Source: Octopus bimaculoides (taxonomy: Eukaryota). From it: a stretch of DNA of 64,000 nt. The notes beneath the pieces are model-generated. The model had not been told where the DNA came from, searched no databases, and saw nothing but the letters and a program-made list of their open reading frames with translations. The stretch covers positions 115,506,304-115,570,303 of the forward strand of contig NC_068984.1 in assembly GCF_001194135.2 (NCBI RefSeq). The letters run 5' to 3'. The position numbers and the translations under genes are program-made. Shown one piece after another: positions 52,301 to 63,165 of the stretch; position 1 is the first letter of the stretch, and each line of letters opens with the position of its first letter.

Positions 52301-55300
52301 CCTACAGAGTATCTCAACAGGCACGATATATTCACTGGATAATTTGCATAAACCTGGATTTGCCAAATGATAAAAACTGGTGGGAAAACAAACCACCTCC
52401 AGTGCTTGAATATGATCACATCTCACTCCTCAAGAACTTTACCATTCAAACTGACAGAAAGATAGATGCAAATTGACTGTCCCAATCGATATAAACGTAT
52501 CTGTCAAGACCTACCAAAAATTGAGCAAGTATAAAAATCTTGAAAGAGAAATTAGCAAAATGTGGAACCTGAAGACTAAAACAATACCTGTTGTCATAGG
52601 TGTCCTAGCAATGATAGCAAAAGGGGCTGATTGCTACCTAGCTCAGATACCAGGAAACCCCAAAATGGTAGAAATTAAAAAGAACTGCCCATATGCTACG
52701 TAAAATACTGTCTATGTGATCTCAAATTTTAAAACAAACACATAATTTTCTTATGGTTTCTTAAACATTCTCTAGAACAAGGCACCCTAGGCATAACACC
52801 AATATGAACTTCTAACATTGTCTCTTCAGGTCTCTGGGTGAGACTTGGAGCCAACTTGTAAAATGCAAAGCAAAATTCAAACATAAAATAATAATAATAA
52901 TAATAATAATCCTTTCTACTATAGGCACAAGGCCTGAAATCTTAGTGGGAGGGGGTTAATCAATTTTCTTGGAGGGGGAGTTGGGGCTTGTTGATTACAT
53001 TGACCCCAATGCTCGACTGGTACTAATTTTATCGAGCCTGAAAGGATGAAAGGGTAACTTGACCATGACGAAATTTAAATGTAAATCCAAAAAAAAAAAA
53101 AAAAGGGGCCACTAAGTATTTTGTCTGGGATGCTTACGATTCTGCCTTGATATAATAAAAATGAAAATGCCAACTATCCAGCTTCTATCTTAAAATGAAC
53201 CATTACAAACATTTAATTTAATTTCTATAGTCAAATATTTTATAACCATTAATCAATTGTGCATTTTCTAAAATTAATCTTTATAAATATTCATATATAG
53301 CTAGACTTTAATTAAACTAGTAGATATGTAAATAAAATGGAAAAAAAAAACCACTAATTCTTTTCTGTATGTTAAATATTCAATATAAAAGCCATGTTGA
53401 ATCTGAACTTAATTAAAAGAAATGCAATTTTCTGAAGAAAAACAATCTATATTTCTTGCATTGTTTCTGATTCAGGCACAAAGCAAGACATTTTTAAGGG
53501 AAGGGTTACTCAATACCATCAAATCCCAGTACTTGACTGGTACTTTATTTAAACAACCCTGAAAGGCAAAGTTGACCATGTAAGACTCAGAATACCACAA
53601 AATCATTTTCTCCAATACTTGACAGCAAAATGGCAGAATCATTAGAGCATCAAACAAAATACTTTACAGTACTTCTTCCAACCCTTTCTGTTTTGGATTC
53701 AATTCCTACTGGGGTCAACTTTGCCTTTATCTTTTCAGGGTTGATAAAATAAAGTACACATAGGCACAGGTGTGGCTGTGTAATAAGCTTGCTTCCCAAC
53801 CACATTGTTTTGGGTTCAGTCCCACTGCATGACACCTTGAGCAAGTGTCTTCTATAGTAACTTCAGGTTGACCAAAGCCTTTGTGAGTGGATTTGGTAAA
53901 CAGAAACTAAAAGAAGTCCATTGTGTGTGTGTGTTAGTCCCTCATCACCACTTGACAACTGGTACTAGTGTATTTATCTCCTCATAACTTAGTGGTTCAG
54001 CAAAAGCAACTGCTTCTGCAATATTGAAAATGCTTTCTTTTTTTTTTTTTTTTTTTCAAAATGTTTTTATTTGTTCAGAAATAGTTTACTACTTACTATC
54101 CGGATAGCAGCTAATAAAGTAGGGGGTATTCATTATACAGTAGACCTGTTTAAATATTTACAGTACTCCTTTAATTGACATAATAAATATATTAAGAAAA
54201 AAATTCTTAGCCATAGTTATTTCACATTAATATCATGGTAAGTTTACTGTGTGCGTGTGCATATGTATGCATACCTACTCTTTTACTTGTTTGTCACTCT
54301 CTCTTGATATAACGTAGTGCAAATCAGTCAGGAGACAAGTGCGTCTTGTCTATACTTCTTTATACCCTTGTTTTTACACTTTTCCTATTGTAAACTTCCT
54401 TTCTCTCCATATATATATTTACCTCTCTTTTACTCTTTTACTTGTTTCAGTCATTTGACTGCGGCCATGCTGGAGCACCGCCTTTAGTCGAGCAAATCGA
54501 CCCCAGGTTTTATTCTTTGGAAGCCTAGTACTTATTCTATTGGTCTTTTTGCCGAACCGCTAAGTTATGGGGACGTAAACACACCACCATCGGTTGTCAA
54601 GCGATGGTGGGGGGACAAACACAGACACACAAACATATATATACATATATATGACGGGCTTCTTTCAGTTTCCGTCTACCAAGTCCACTCACAAGGCTTT
54701 GGTCAGCCCAAGGCTATAGTAGAAGACACTTGCCCAAGGTGCCACGCAATGGGACTGAACCTGGAACCATGTGGTTGGTAAGCAAGCTACTTACCACACA
54801 GCCACTCCTGCACTTATCTATAATATCTACATATATCTATATATACACACACACACACACACACACATATATTGAATTTTACTGAAATTAAATCTATAGA
54901 TTTTAGCAGACATCAGAAATTGCTTAAATTGTATTGAGCCCATAGAAAAGATTAAAAAAAAAAAAACACACTATAAATACAGCGATAACTTGCATGCGGT
55001 GTGTGTGTGTGTGTGTGTGTGCTTGTGCATGTATGATTTTAAATATACATATACAAATACAAAACAGACACAAGCATGGCTGTATGGTTAAGATATTAGC
55101 TTCTTAACCATGTAGTTTCAGGTTCAGTCTCAACTGCATTGCACTACGATTAAGTGTTTTCTACTATAGCCCCCAGACCAACCAAAGTTGTTTGAGTGAA
55201 TTTGGCAGAAGGAAACTGAAATAAGTTTGTCATTATATATGGCTGGATGCATCGGCCTAGGAACAGAGGATGCAGAGAATGCAAACACACCCTCTAAAAT

Positions 55301-56969
55301 TTTTGTAGGGTGCAAAATCAAAATCTGCACCCCTACTTACTTTTCTCAAGTTAAGAAAACTGAATAAAAAGGGATCTATAAAAAGTAGTTCAAAGTTAGG
55401 TTTCTTCACAATGAACAAAATAGAATAAAACTAGACTGTTACATGGTGAGTCAGTAATGTAAATTGGAAGGAATGTCTCCTATATGTAATGTGTTCAAGT
55501 TGTAACATGTGTAGTTAGCATTTTTAGAAGGCAATTCATAGAAAGAATCCATTTTCAGTAATTTCTTATAGGCATGAATAAAGAATATTCAGAAGGCAAG
55601 TTTATAAAATAAAAACAATGAAATTTATTCAGTAGTGTAATGAGTGCTAGCAAGTGGTAACAAGGATTAATCTTGCATATGAATGAGAACCAAATATATG
55701 TGTATGCAAGACAGGAAAACCGCATAACTTACTATATACACTGAGGTTTTTATATGAAACAGAGTGGAAGCTGATATTAATCAAATGAGTTGACCTCTCT
55801 TTAAGTGATTTCTTAAAGAAGCATGAATAAAGAATATTCAGAAGGCAAGTTTATAAAACAAAAACATTGAAATTTATTCAGTGATGTGACATGTTGAAGA
55901 AAGCAATGTTGCTTCTACGCCATCAGATCCACAACTAGTTTGAAACTGCTACTTCGCTGTACACACACGCATGCACAAGAAGTAAATGGAATGGATTTAG
56001 TTTAATCGAAAATGAGAAGAACAATGCAAAAATACCAAGAACAATGAAGAACAGTAACATTAAAAAAAAAACCAATTATCACATTCTAAATAGAAAATAT
56101 TGACATACTTTCTGTCAAAGCTTTTACATTTTCTTTTTGAGGTTTTCTCGAGCTTTCTTTTGTGACTTGATGGCAGAGAGAAAGAGTCCCTTGTTGCTGG
56201 AATGATTTATGAGAATTTGGCAAATCAACAGAGTTAGTTTGCTGATAAGGACTTTCTGTGGTGTCAAGAAGGCCAGCTCCACTTTGAGAGTGCAGATTCT
56301 GACTTGGTGAATGAAACTTCTTCATCAACACATCATTAAATAATGGCTGAATGTTCTTTACATCATGTTTTTCAGATTCTTCTTTTATTTCAAAAGGATG
56401 AGGAGAAACTAAAGTCTTCTTTGATGAATTCTGATTACCTTTAATAAAATCTGAAGAAATTTTAGAAGATCCTGTGTAAAGAAAGCTTTGGTTTGTATTT
56501 GAAGACTTTCTCTTCAAGTTTGTAAATTCTGCACCCGATATCAATTGATGTTTGGAAAATGTCTTTGAGACGTCTACTTCAATAACATCACCGGGAAAAT
56601 ATTCCCTTTTCACATGTTTGATTACTGTCAGAGGACTGTCATCTGTTTGGTGAGAAGATAAGCATTCTTTGGTGTTATACTTTTCAAAATTTTCAATTGA
56701 ATTTGTCACAAAAGTGTGTTTGTAAAAGTTTTCATTTGTAGGTTGCATGGGAAAAGACATGCGACTACTTTTTGTTATTTCACCTGGAGCCTTTACATGG
56801 GAATTTTCAAAGGATAATTGAGGAGACTGAATTTCTAGCAAATGAATGTTGTCCATATTCAAGATATGACTACAGTTGGAACTTTTTTCAGTTTTGCATT
56901 CATTCTGTAAATGACAAACAGTACCTGAGCAATCACTGTTATGCAATGAACTGCTACTATTATTATTTC

Positions 56970-57006
<37 letters not shown>

Positions 57007-57061
57007 GTTATTATTATTGTTATTAATATTAATATTATTATTGTTATTATNNNNNNNNNNA

Positions 57062-57104
<43 letters not shown>

Positions 57105-57495
57105 CATTAAAAATAGAATCATTCTTTACATCAATATTTTTTATGTCTCCAAACGGAAATTTAATTGTTGGTGACTGAGTCCTCCTAGTCGCATGTTGAG
57201 ATTCCCACGATTGCTTGGGAGATGTAAGATTTTCAGGAAAAAGCCAAACTGGGTCTACTACACTGTCTTTGGAACAATCCAAATGATAACTGCATGGAAA
57301 AAGTTTTTTCTCAGATTTAAGATTCTCTTTCGGCAATCCATGAAAGTCTTGAAGAAAATAATTTCTAGGTTTTACGTCTTCATTAAGAGTATTATCAAAA
57401 TTCAAGTTGGGTGACACAAATTCTTTGATTCTGAAGGTATCTGATGACCATTTAGGCATAAATGTAATGCTACTATCTATAGATTCTTCATTCAT
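29082..57495 (-). CDS. Multi-exon gene encoding a divergent Sox/HBP1-like HMG-box protein (715 aa in 5-exon model; 775 aa with two cassette exons)
   Basis: Exons 57495-56109, 41618-41456, 34406-34268, 30926-30844 and 29457-29082 all have GT-AG boundaries and phases 1,2,0,2 that join without stops (2148 nt). Exons 2+3 rebuild an HMG box. The length assumes the 10-N gap at 57051-57060 preserves frame. Confidence 0.85.
30420..30712. mobile_element. MITE with perfect 26-bp inverted repeat
   Basis: AGTTGGCTCTGACCAAACAGGCCTAC (30420-30445) is the exact reverse complement of 30687-30712. Confidence 0.75.
30844..30926 (-). CDS. HMG gene short exon (VLDIFDDIPTKKKIMSKKRIPRCKENV; not in ORF track)
   Basis: Acceptor TTTATATCTTAG, donor AA|GTAAGT. 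Phase 0 to 2 is exactly the bridge needed between the flanking exons. Confidence 0.78.
31385..31820 (+). mobile_element. SINE/short element with RTE-type 3' tail ending (GAT)n
   Basis: GAGTGGTTGG.GTTAGGAAGGGCATCCAGCTGTAGAAA...CAACCCATGCTAGCATGGAAAGCG.ACGTTAAAC.ATGATGATG. Near-identical 3' part at 17-178. Diverged copies at 4100-4225, 26850-27000, 40870-41160, 44990-45400 and 59700-59850. Confidence 0.8.
31845..32962 (+). mobile_element. Degenerate mariner (Tc1/mariner, DD34D) transposon, near full length
   Basis: Frameshifted transposase with KWVPR, GDETWVHHY, LLLHDNAHPH and PYSPDLTPSD motifs. Imperfect TIRs TCAAAAATTAT(C/A)C(G/A)CACT at 31855-31872 and 32935-32952, flanked by (TA)n. Confidence 0.93.
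34268..34406 (-). CDS. HMG gene exon encoding end of HMG box and basic tail
   Basis: Acceptor TATTTTGCATAG (phase 2; CA+G=Gln), donor AAA|GTAATT. Encodes RKFEAEMKDLRKKHPDWMYSNKKNDVDVVLEVMPTRLRPAEKRKKK. Confidence 0.9.
34734..34950 (+). mobile_element. Mariner-type MITE, second copy
   Basis: Colinear with 2780-2995, with the same TIRs and TA flanks. Confidence 0.8.
35188..35362 (-). mobile_element. Mariner-type MITE, third (inverted, truncated) copy
   Basis: Reverse-complement match to the right three quarters of 34734-34950. Confidence 0.75.
36263..37211. other. Assembly gap (largest of 12)
   Basis: N runs at 8945-9551, 16382-16401, 18130-18235, 22505-22554, 26123-26186, 36263-37211, 45446-45706, 46201-46950, 49293-49302, 57051-57060, 58518-58906 and 63676-63685. 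These may hide exons. Confidence 1.
41456..41618 (-). CDS. HMG gene exon encoding N-terminal three quarters of the HMG box
   Basis: Acceptor TTTTACTGTTTTAG, donor CA|GTAAGT. Encodes SSNIKRPQNGFIRYSVEKRAEVAAKNPHLDNRNISCVLGSQWKLLSKENREHY. Confidence 0.92.
43881..43995 (-). CDS. Candidate cassette exon C of HMG gene (phase 0 to 1; EDVVIATANYALELNMMVQKNNDKTSCKDQTHSSCQKN)
   Basis: Strong acceptor TTATTTATTTCTTACAG and donor AACT|GTAAGT. Only phase 0 is open (38 codons). It ends in phase 1, matching the HMG exon start. Confidence 0.55.
47300..48560 (-). mobile_element. Decayed gag-like ORF1 of a non-LTR retrotransposon (L1/Tx1-like)
   Basis: Multiply frameshifted protein-like text (GYGTVKVRF..EEAK...LKSEDLLLVSYYCGQRLARM.V..MP.EI) followed by a degenerate zinc knuckle (GRKARCHIFLLTSHLRTFC, 47765-47827). 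Confidence 0.55.
48980..49044 (-). CDS. Candidate cassette exon B of HMG gene (phase 1 to 0; NKFCIQFWNLYHHGKRVVVYQL)
   Basis: Acceptor AAACCACAG, strong donor CTG|GTGAGT, open in the phase required after exon 1. Confidence 0.4.
49108..49446. repeat. Compound trinucleotide microsatellite (TAG)n-(CAA)n-(CTG)n-(CTA)n, present twice around a 10-N gap
   Basis: Directly visible in the sequence. Confidence 0.9.
49443..49469 (-). mobile_element. Helitron 3' terminus
   Basis: Minus strand: perfect hairpin CCGTGAA-TTT-TTCACGG, 6 nt spacer, then CTAG followed by T. Confidence 0.7.
49924..51480 (+). mobile_element. Degenerate Tigger/pogo DNA transposon (3' truncated)
   Basis: Starts TA-CAGGCATACCTC (Tigger-type TIR). 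Broken ORF with psq/CENP-B HTH (ITLEDKLAMMK, KASQGWFMRFK) and DDE region (QIFNIDETGL, KLKPLLVYH, KAWVT..VFEDWF, LLILGNVPGH, LQPMD). Confidence 0.9.
51797..52886 (+). mobile_element. 5'-truncated Dong/R4-clade (RLE-type) non-LTR retrotransposon, 3' end
   Basis: GLKSETEEFIIAAQDQ.LPTRNYQ, CCHC finger (CRVC..ETIDHVVSMC), KNWWENKPPPVLE, TIQTDRKIDAN, KLSKYKNL..EISKMW, IPVVIG. Both ends abut (TAA)n tracts. Confidence 0.88.
54424..54811 (-). mobile_element. tRNA-derived SINE family A, most intact copy
   Basis: Head GCAGGAGTGGCTGTGTGGTAAG...GGTTCCAGGTTCAGTCC, internal (CA/TA)n, tail ACTGAAACAAGTAAAAGAGTAAAAGAG. Diverged copies at about 1985-2280, 4990-5230, 11700-12065, 16105-16545, 23410-23730, 38525-38935, 44105-44535, 44830-44980, 49680-49900, 53762-54010, 55070-55230, 59085-59580 and 62560-62690. 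Confidence 0.85.
56109..57495 (-). CDS. HMG gene coding exon 1 (462 codons +1 nt; low-complexity, poly-Asn, Ser-rich)
   Basis: 469-codon open frame in AT-rich DNA. Acceptor TTTTATCATTGCAG lies 31 nt before the ATG, with an in-frame TGA in between, so 57495 is the likely start. Donor GAAA|GTATGT at 56109/56108. Confidence 0.8.
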
Positions 57496-60400
57496 CTTTG
57501 TACTGCTTCAATACCAAAGGACAAACCTGCAATGATAAAACAATTGCAAAATTAATATTGGTTTCAAATTTTGGCACAAGGTCAACAAATTTGGGGGATG
57601 GGGTAAGTCAATTACATTGAGCCCAATATTCAACTGGTACTTATTTTATTGACCCCGAAAAGACAAAAGGCAAAACCAATCTCAGTGGAAGTTAAACTCA
57701 GATCAAAGAACAACAAAATGCCAAAAAGCATTTTGACTGGAATGCTAACAATTCTGCAAACTTGCTGCCTTATATTTACTGAATATTAATTTAGTAAATA
57801 AGGCAAAGTACCACAAAACAACCATAATGATGCTGCAGTTTCAGTTTAAGGTTATTTCACTTCAATCATTTCAATCACCAGCCATGTTCTTCACTAATAC
57901 TGCTAAACACACTGGAAAAAGTATGAGCATCACTGCATTACATTTCCTAACCTAAAGACACGAGATTGCACCTTGAAAGATATCCTTCAAAGCACAACTC
58001 CAGACAAGGTTGTTCATGGAAGACCAGCAGTCGCCCATGCATATCAGCCTCCCCATCTCCATGCCACTGATGTTATCCAAGGGAAAGGCAAAGGCTGATA
58101 CAGCTTGGCACCAATGATGTCACAAGTCATTTCTAGAGCTGACTGAACAAGAGCAACATGAAATAAAGTGTCTTGCTCAAGAACACGACACACGGCCCAG
58201 TTCGGGAATTGAACTCTACCTCATGATTTTAGATTTTATGTATTTTACTTCAAATCAACTTCATATTTATTTAACGTTTTTGTTACCATATTTCTTGTAA
58301 CAAAAGCCAGTGTTTACAACATAAATTAACACAAAATTTTGGGGTGAGGCTTTAATTTAAATCTCTTTTGTTACTACATTTCTGTTACACTGTTTTTGCT
58401 TCGATCAACTTTGAAAATAATGAAGAATTTTGTAAAATAACTGTTATTATTTAGCTGATCTAAGGCGGCAAGCTTGCAGAATCGTTAGCATGCTGGACAA
58501 AATGCTTAGCAGTATTTNNNNNNNNNNNNNNNNNNNNNNNNNNNNNNNNNNNNNNNNNNNNNNNNNNNNNNNNNNNNNNNNNNNNNNNNNNNNNNNNNNN
58601 NNNNNNNNNNNNNNNNNNNNNNNNNNNNNNNNNNNNNNNNNNNNNNNNNNNNNNNNNNNNNNNNNNNNNNNNNNNNNNNNNNNNNNNNNNNNNNNNNNNN
58701 NNNNNNNNNNNNNNNNNNNNNNNNNNNNNNNNNNNNNNNNNNNNNNNNNNNNNNNNNNNNNNNNNNNNNNNNNNNNNNNNNNNNNNNNNNNNNNNNNNNN
58801 NNNNNNNNNNNNNNNNNNNNNNNNNNNNNNNNNNNNNNNNNNNNNNNNNNNNNNNNNNNNNNNNNNNNNNNNNNNNNNNNNNNNNNNNNNNNNNNNNNNN
58901 NNNNNNGATCACTTTAAAATGGCAGGTTTGTATCACCGGTGATTTGCATGAAATGGATCTAATACAGAACAGGCCAATACAGGCTCATTCCATTTAGGCA
59001 TAATCAATCATGGTGATAGTGGGGGGGGAAGTGGTAAGTGGGTGGGGGGTGGCAGCTACCCTAACAAAATATCTTGAATATGACAATTTATCTTTCACTT
59101 GTTTGAGTCATTGGACTGCAGCCACACTAGGGCACCGGTCTGAAGAGTTATGGTCAAAAACAATCACACTCAGGACTTATTTTAAAGTCTGGTACTTAAT
59201 CTATCGGTCACTTTTGCTGAATCATTAGATTACTGGGATGTACACCAACACTGGTTGAAAAGTGGGGGATGGGGGCAAAAAGACACAAAAGACAGACAAC
59301 ATACACACACAGGCTTGCCTCCCAACCATATAGTTCTGGGTTTAGTTCCACTTGTTTCTTATCTTTATTTTCCTAAAATTTTCGTTGCGTCTTGCAACCT
59401 TGGAAAACGGATATTAAACGATTATGATGTATGTATGACAGGCTTCTTTCGGTTTCCATCTACAAAATACACTCACAAAGCTTTGGTTGACCCAAAGACA
59501 TTTTTTCAAGGTACCACACAGTGGGACTGAACCCAGAGCCACGTGGTTGGAAAGCAAGCTTCTTACCACACAACCACGCTTTTATGTATGTATATGTGCA
59601 CATTTGTATTTTCCCTTATTCTGAGATCATGCAATGTTTGTAAACAAGCTTCACAATCATAGAAGCAATGTCGTTCATTTCCAAGTCTTCCATGAAAAGA
59701 CATGCCTGGCCATGAAAATATTACCCAACTTGGAAACAGGTATGCGTTGGTGACAGGAAGGGCATCTCACCATAGAAAATCTACCTCAACAAATTCCTTC
59801 CAACTCATGCACACATGGAAAAGAGGCTGGAAAATGATGATAACGATAATAATGATGGTCTGCATGTCTCACCTTACTTAAGATAAAGATAAAGCTAACA
59901 TAATTTTCTTTCTTTTTTTAGCTACCTTCTAATTTAAAACATTAATTCTCCTCATGTCGGTATCTTTTTCATGTTTATGATATTATGTCTGCCTATTTTG
60001 ATTTAAGACTTAGTGATATAAATATCAACAAAGATAATAGTAAACTACTCCAATCTTCTCACAATATGTATGATCTGATATTCTTTTTTTTTTTTTGCCT
60101 TAATTTGGGTTTTGTTATTTTCATTGAAATGCATAATACACAATATAAAATGCAATTATCTTTCTTTTTTTTGATTTTTTATCAGACAGTTTTTATTCTT
60201 AGTTCTTAGTTTAGCTCGTGGCTGACATAAGAAAATTATTTCGTTCAAACATAGGAACCATTAATTATTAAATTTTATTTTGTTTTCATTAACAATACAT
60301 TCTTTATTTTACTTGAAAATATGGCAAAACCCAGACAGACAATTTATGTATCACACCATCTCACCAACACCAAATGTGAAAATTATCAGATTCCAAAGCT

Positions 60401-61090
60401 AATATATACAACAAATATTACTTTTTAACCTTATAACTTAGTACTAACATGCTATCTTTAAAGATAGTGTTTAGGCAGTGACATGTCTTTTATATATAGC
60501 AACTGAGTAGCTAGTCATTGCCAAGCAATTTTCACAATAGAATGCCTTTATTTCAATTTTTTTTTATTCCATGTTAGACCATATCTTCCCCAACGGATTG
60601 ACCTCTTGATCAAGATGGATTTATGCCTTATTTGGGGCTATTTATGTCTCAATAAACGAAGTTTTTGCTTTTAGCACTTGGTACATAGATGTAAAAAAAT
60701 TTTCTTCCTATTCTTGAACGTCCAATGTAAAGCTGACCATGGGTGATGCAGAACTCTTCAAGATGTAAACTGGCAACCAAAAATATTTGCTCTTGTGACT
60801 TGATGGTTATGCCAAATCTAAGACTCACTGGAAATTGAAGTCATTTGAATTGGAATGGGACATCATGCTCAGAGTCCATGCAACAGAGGATCTTGTGCAC
60901 TTACTAAATGTCTCCAAAGCTTGGGTGTCTCTGAGACCATGCAGTAGAGGCTCATGTTCAGATATTATCAAGTCTATTTTTTCTCTGTTTGAGCCCGCTG
61001 CTGCTGTTTTTTGACAGTTGCTCTAATGAAATTCCTTACCGACACAAGCAGATGCGTGCACACGCACACACACATGCGAGATACACAAGG

Positions 61091-61247
61091 CACAGGAGTG
61101 GCTGTGTGGTAAGTAGCTTGCTTACCAACCACATGGTTCTGGGTTCGGTCCCATTGCGTGGCACCTTGGGCAAGTGTCTTCTCTAGCCTCGGGCTGACCA
61201 AAGCCTTATGAGTGGATTTGGTAGATGGAAACTGAAAGAAGCCCGTC

Positions 61248-61250
<3 letters not shown>
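61091..61250 (+). mobile_element. SINE family A, 5' half
   Basis: Head and body match family A. Truncated at the (TA)n tract. Confidence 0.8.
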
Positions 61251-61287
<37 letters not shown>

Positions 61288-61511
61288 ATGAAAACACCCC
61301 CAAATCCCAAGAAAGATAGATTACCTTAACATTAAAAAATTAAATTATATATATATATAAACGTAACATTCAAGGATCAAGATGTAGGAAGAAAGTTAGC
61401 TTCAAGTAATCCATAGTTAATATAAAGAACAACTTTTAAGAACATTAGTGGTTTATTACGGTGGAAGATTGTGGATTTTTTGTATCAAAGTACAATAAAC
61501 TGAATTTATAT

Positions 61512-61542
<31 letters not shown>

Positions 61543-61985
61543 ACACACATATCTCCTACTAACACAACACTCACACATACACGCATACAATTACACACAT
61601 GCACGCACACACACAGGAACGCATATACACACATACATATATACCTAACACTCACAATCTCACATACACACAACCACCGTCTACACACAAAAGACATACA
61701 CATGTACAAACGAACTCATACACACGCAAATGAACCCACACCTAAGTATACATACATGGACACATGCAAATGAACCCACACAACAAACACCAACACATAC
61801 ACAAAATAACCCACAGAGCAAACCGCACGCATATATACACACACACACACACACACTTAAAAACTGCTTGCTCACTTTCTACTGACCATCGTCCACAACC
61901 ACTCCCAAATAATTCCTGCTAATTCCTTCTATGTTAAGCGACACACACACTAACAGATTAACAGCCAAACCACGCACCCGCATAC

Positions 61986-62400
61986 CTCCCTCCCTCTTAG
62001 AAAACTTTTTCTCCACCCTTTCCCTTCCACAATGTAACCTCGTGTATATCGTTGGCGATTTTTCCTCCTCCGTCTTCCCTTTGGACTTTCCTATATTTCC
62101 GACGAAGAGCTCTGCTTGAAACGTCAAATCCTCTTTCCTGAGCGTCCAGTAACACGTCCTCGCGTTGTTTTTTTGTCGTTTTTCTTGTTTGAACTCGCTA
62201 TATATGTGTGTGTGCGCGCGCGCTCTTGATATTCTGTCAGAGCAAGTTGTTTTACATCTATTACATTATTTTTCTTTTGTTTCTTGGCTCCGGTGAGGCG
62301 TCTCACGATGTGAATGTTCCGAGCCCTCTCCTCACCCCGTTCGCGAGCGCACATTTTTTTCTTCATATTTGTTCTCAGCAAGTTGTTTTTAGACTTTTTA
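61986..62400 (-). promoter_or_regulatory. Putative promoter / non-coding first exon of the HMG gene
   Basis: Local CpG enrichment (CGCG runs) in otherwise CpG-poor DNA and a candidate donor GGGAG|GTATGC at 61986/61985. Coding exon 1 has an upstream acceptor, implying a 5' UTR exon somewhere upstream. Confidence 0.3.
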
Positions 62401-62951
62401 TTTTTGAGCCCAGGTCAAACGCTTTAGTTTGACCAAACGAATTAAATGTCTGCATTAATGCAAAATATTCTTCCAAGAATTTAAGCTACGTCCTCAGGTG
62501 AAAGAAAGTCTGTTAAATACTTAATTCTCAACGTAACGTTATAAAATGAGTGCATATATGACAAGCTTCGTCTACTTACAAGGTATTGGGACCGGGGCTA
62601 TACGGAAGGCACCACGTAATGGAACTGAAAACCAAACCACATAGTTAGGGAGCGAACTTACAATCGCACAGCCATGCCTGTATTCCACAATAAATTACCA
62701 GATTCTTAACACTCACCCCTCTAGTTTTTAAAAGTTATTTTAGGAATGTTATGCTTTTAGTTCTAACAAAATAATTTTAGATGCTAATACATGTACCTTT
62801 AGATGTTTTGGCTGAATATTTTTCTTTAAATATATTTAATTTTAATTATACGTATGGTTTTAATACAAAATCTTTTAACATCGTAAATATTAATGAAGCG
62901 CTCGCATAAGATGCATTGAAATAATTCACTTGAGTTAATCGACGCTTGTGC

Positions 62952-63165
62952 AGGCGCGTGGCTTAGTGATTATGGATGTTGGTCTCATGATCGTAAGATT
63001 GCAGTTTCGATTACTGGACTGGGTGACGCGTTGTGCTCTTGAACAGCCCACTAAGCTACCAAAAATTAGTAATCCTGCGACGGACATGCATCCCACCCAG
63101 GTGGAGAATATATGCGCCATGTAAACTGGCCCTATGAATTTATGACTCGGGAACGAACTTAACTT
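62952..63165 (+). mobile_element. tRNA-derived SINE (different family)
   Basis: Head GGCGCGTGGCTTAGTG...GTTTCGATT followed by CCTGCGACGGAC..CATCCC..CCAGG, a core seen in V/Meta-type SINEs. Confidence 0.55.
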
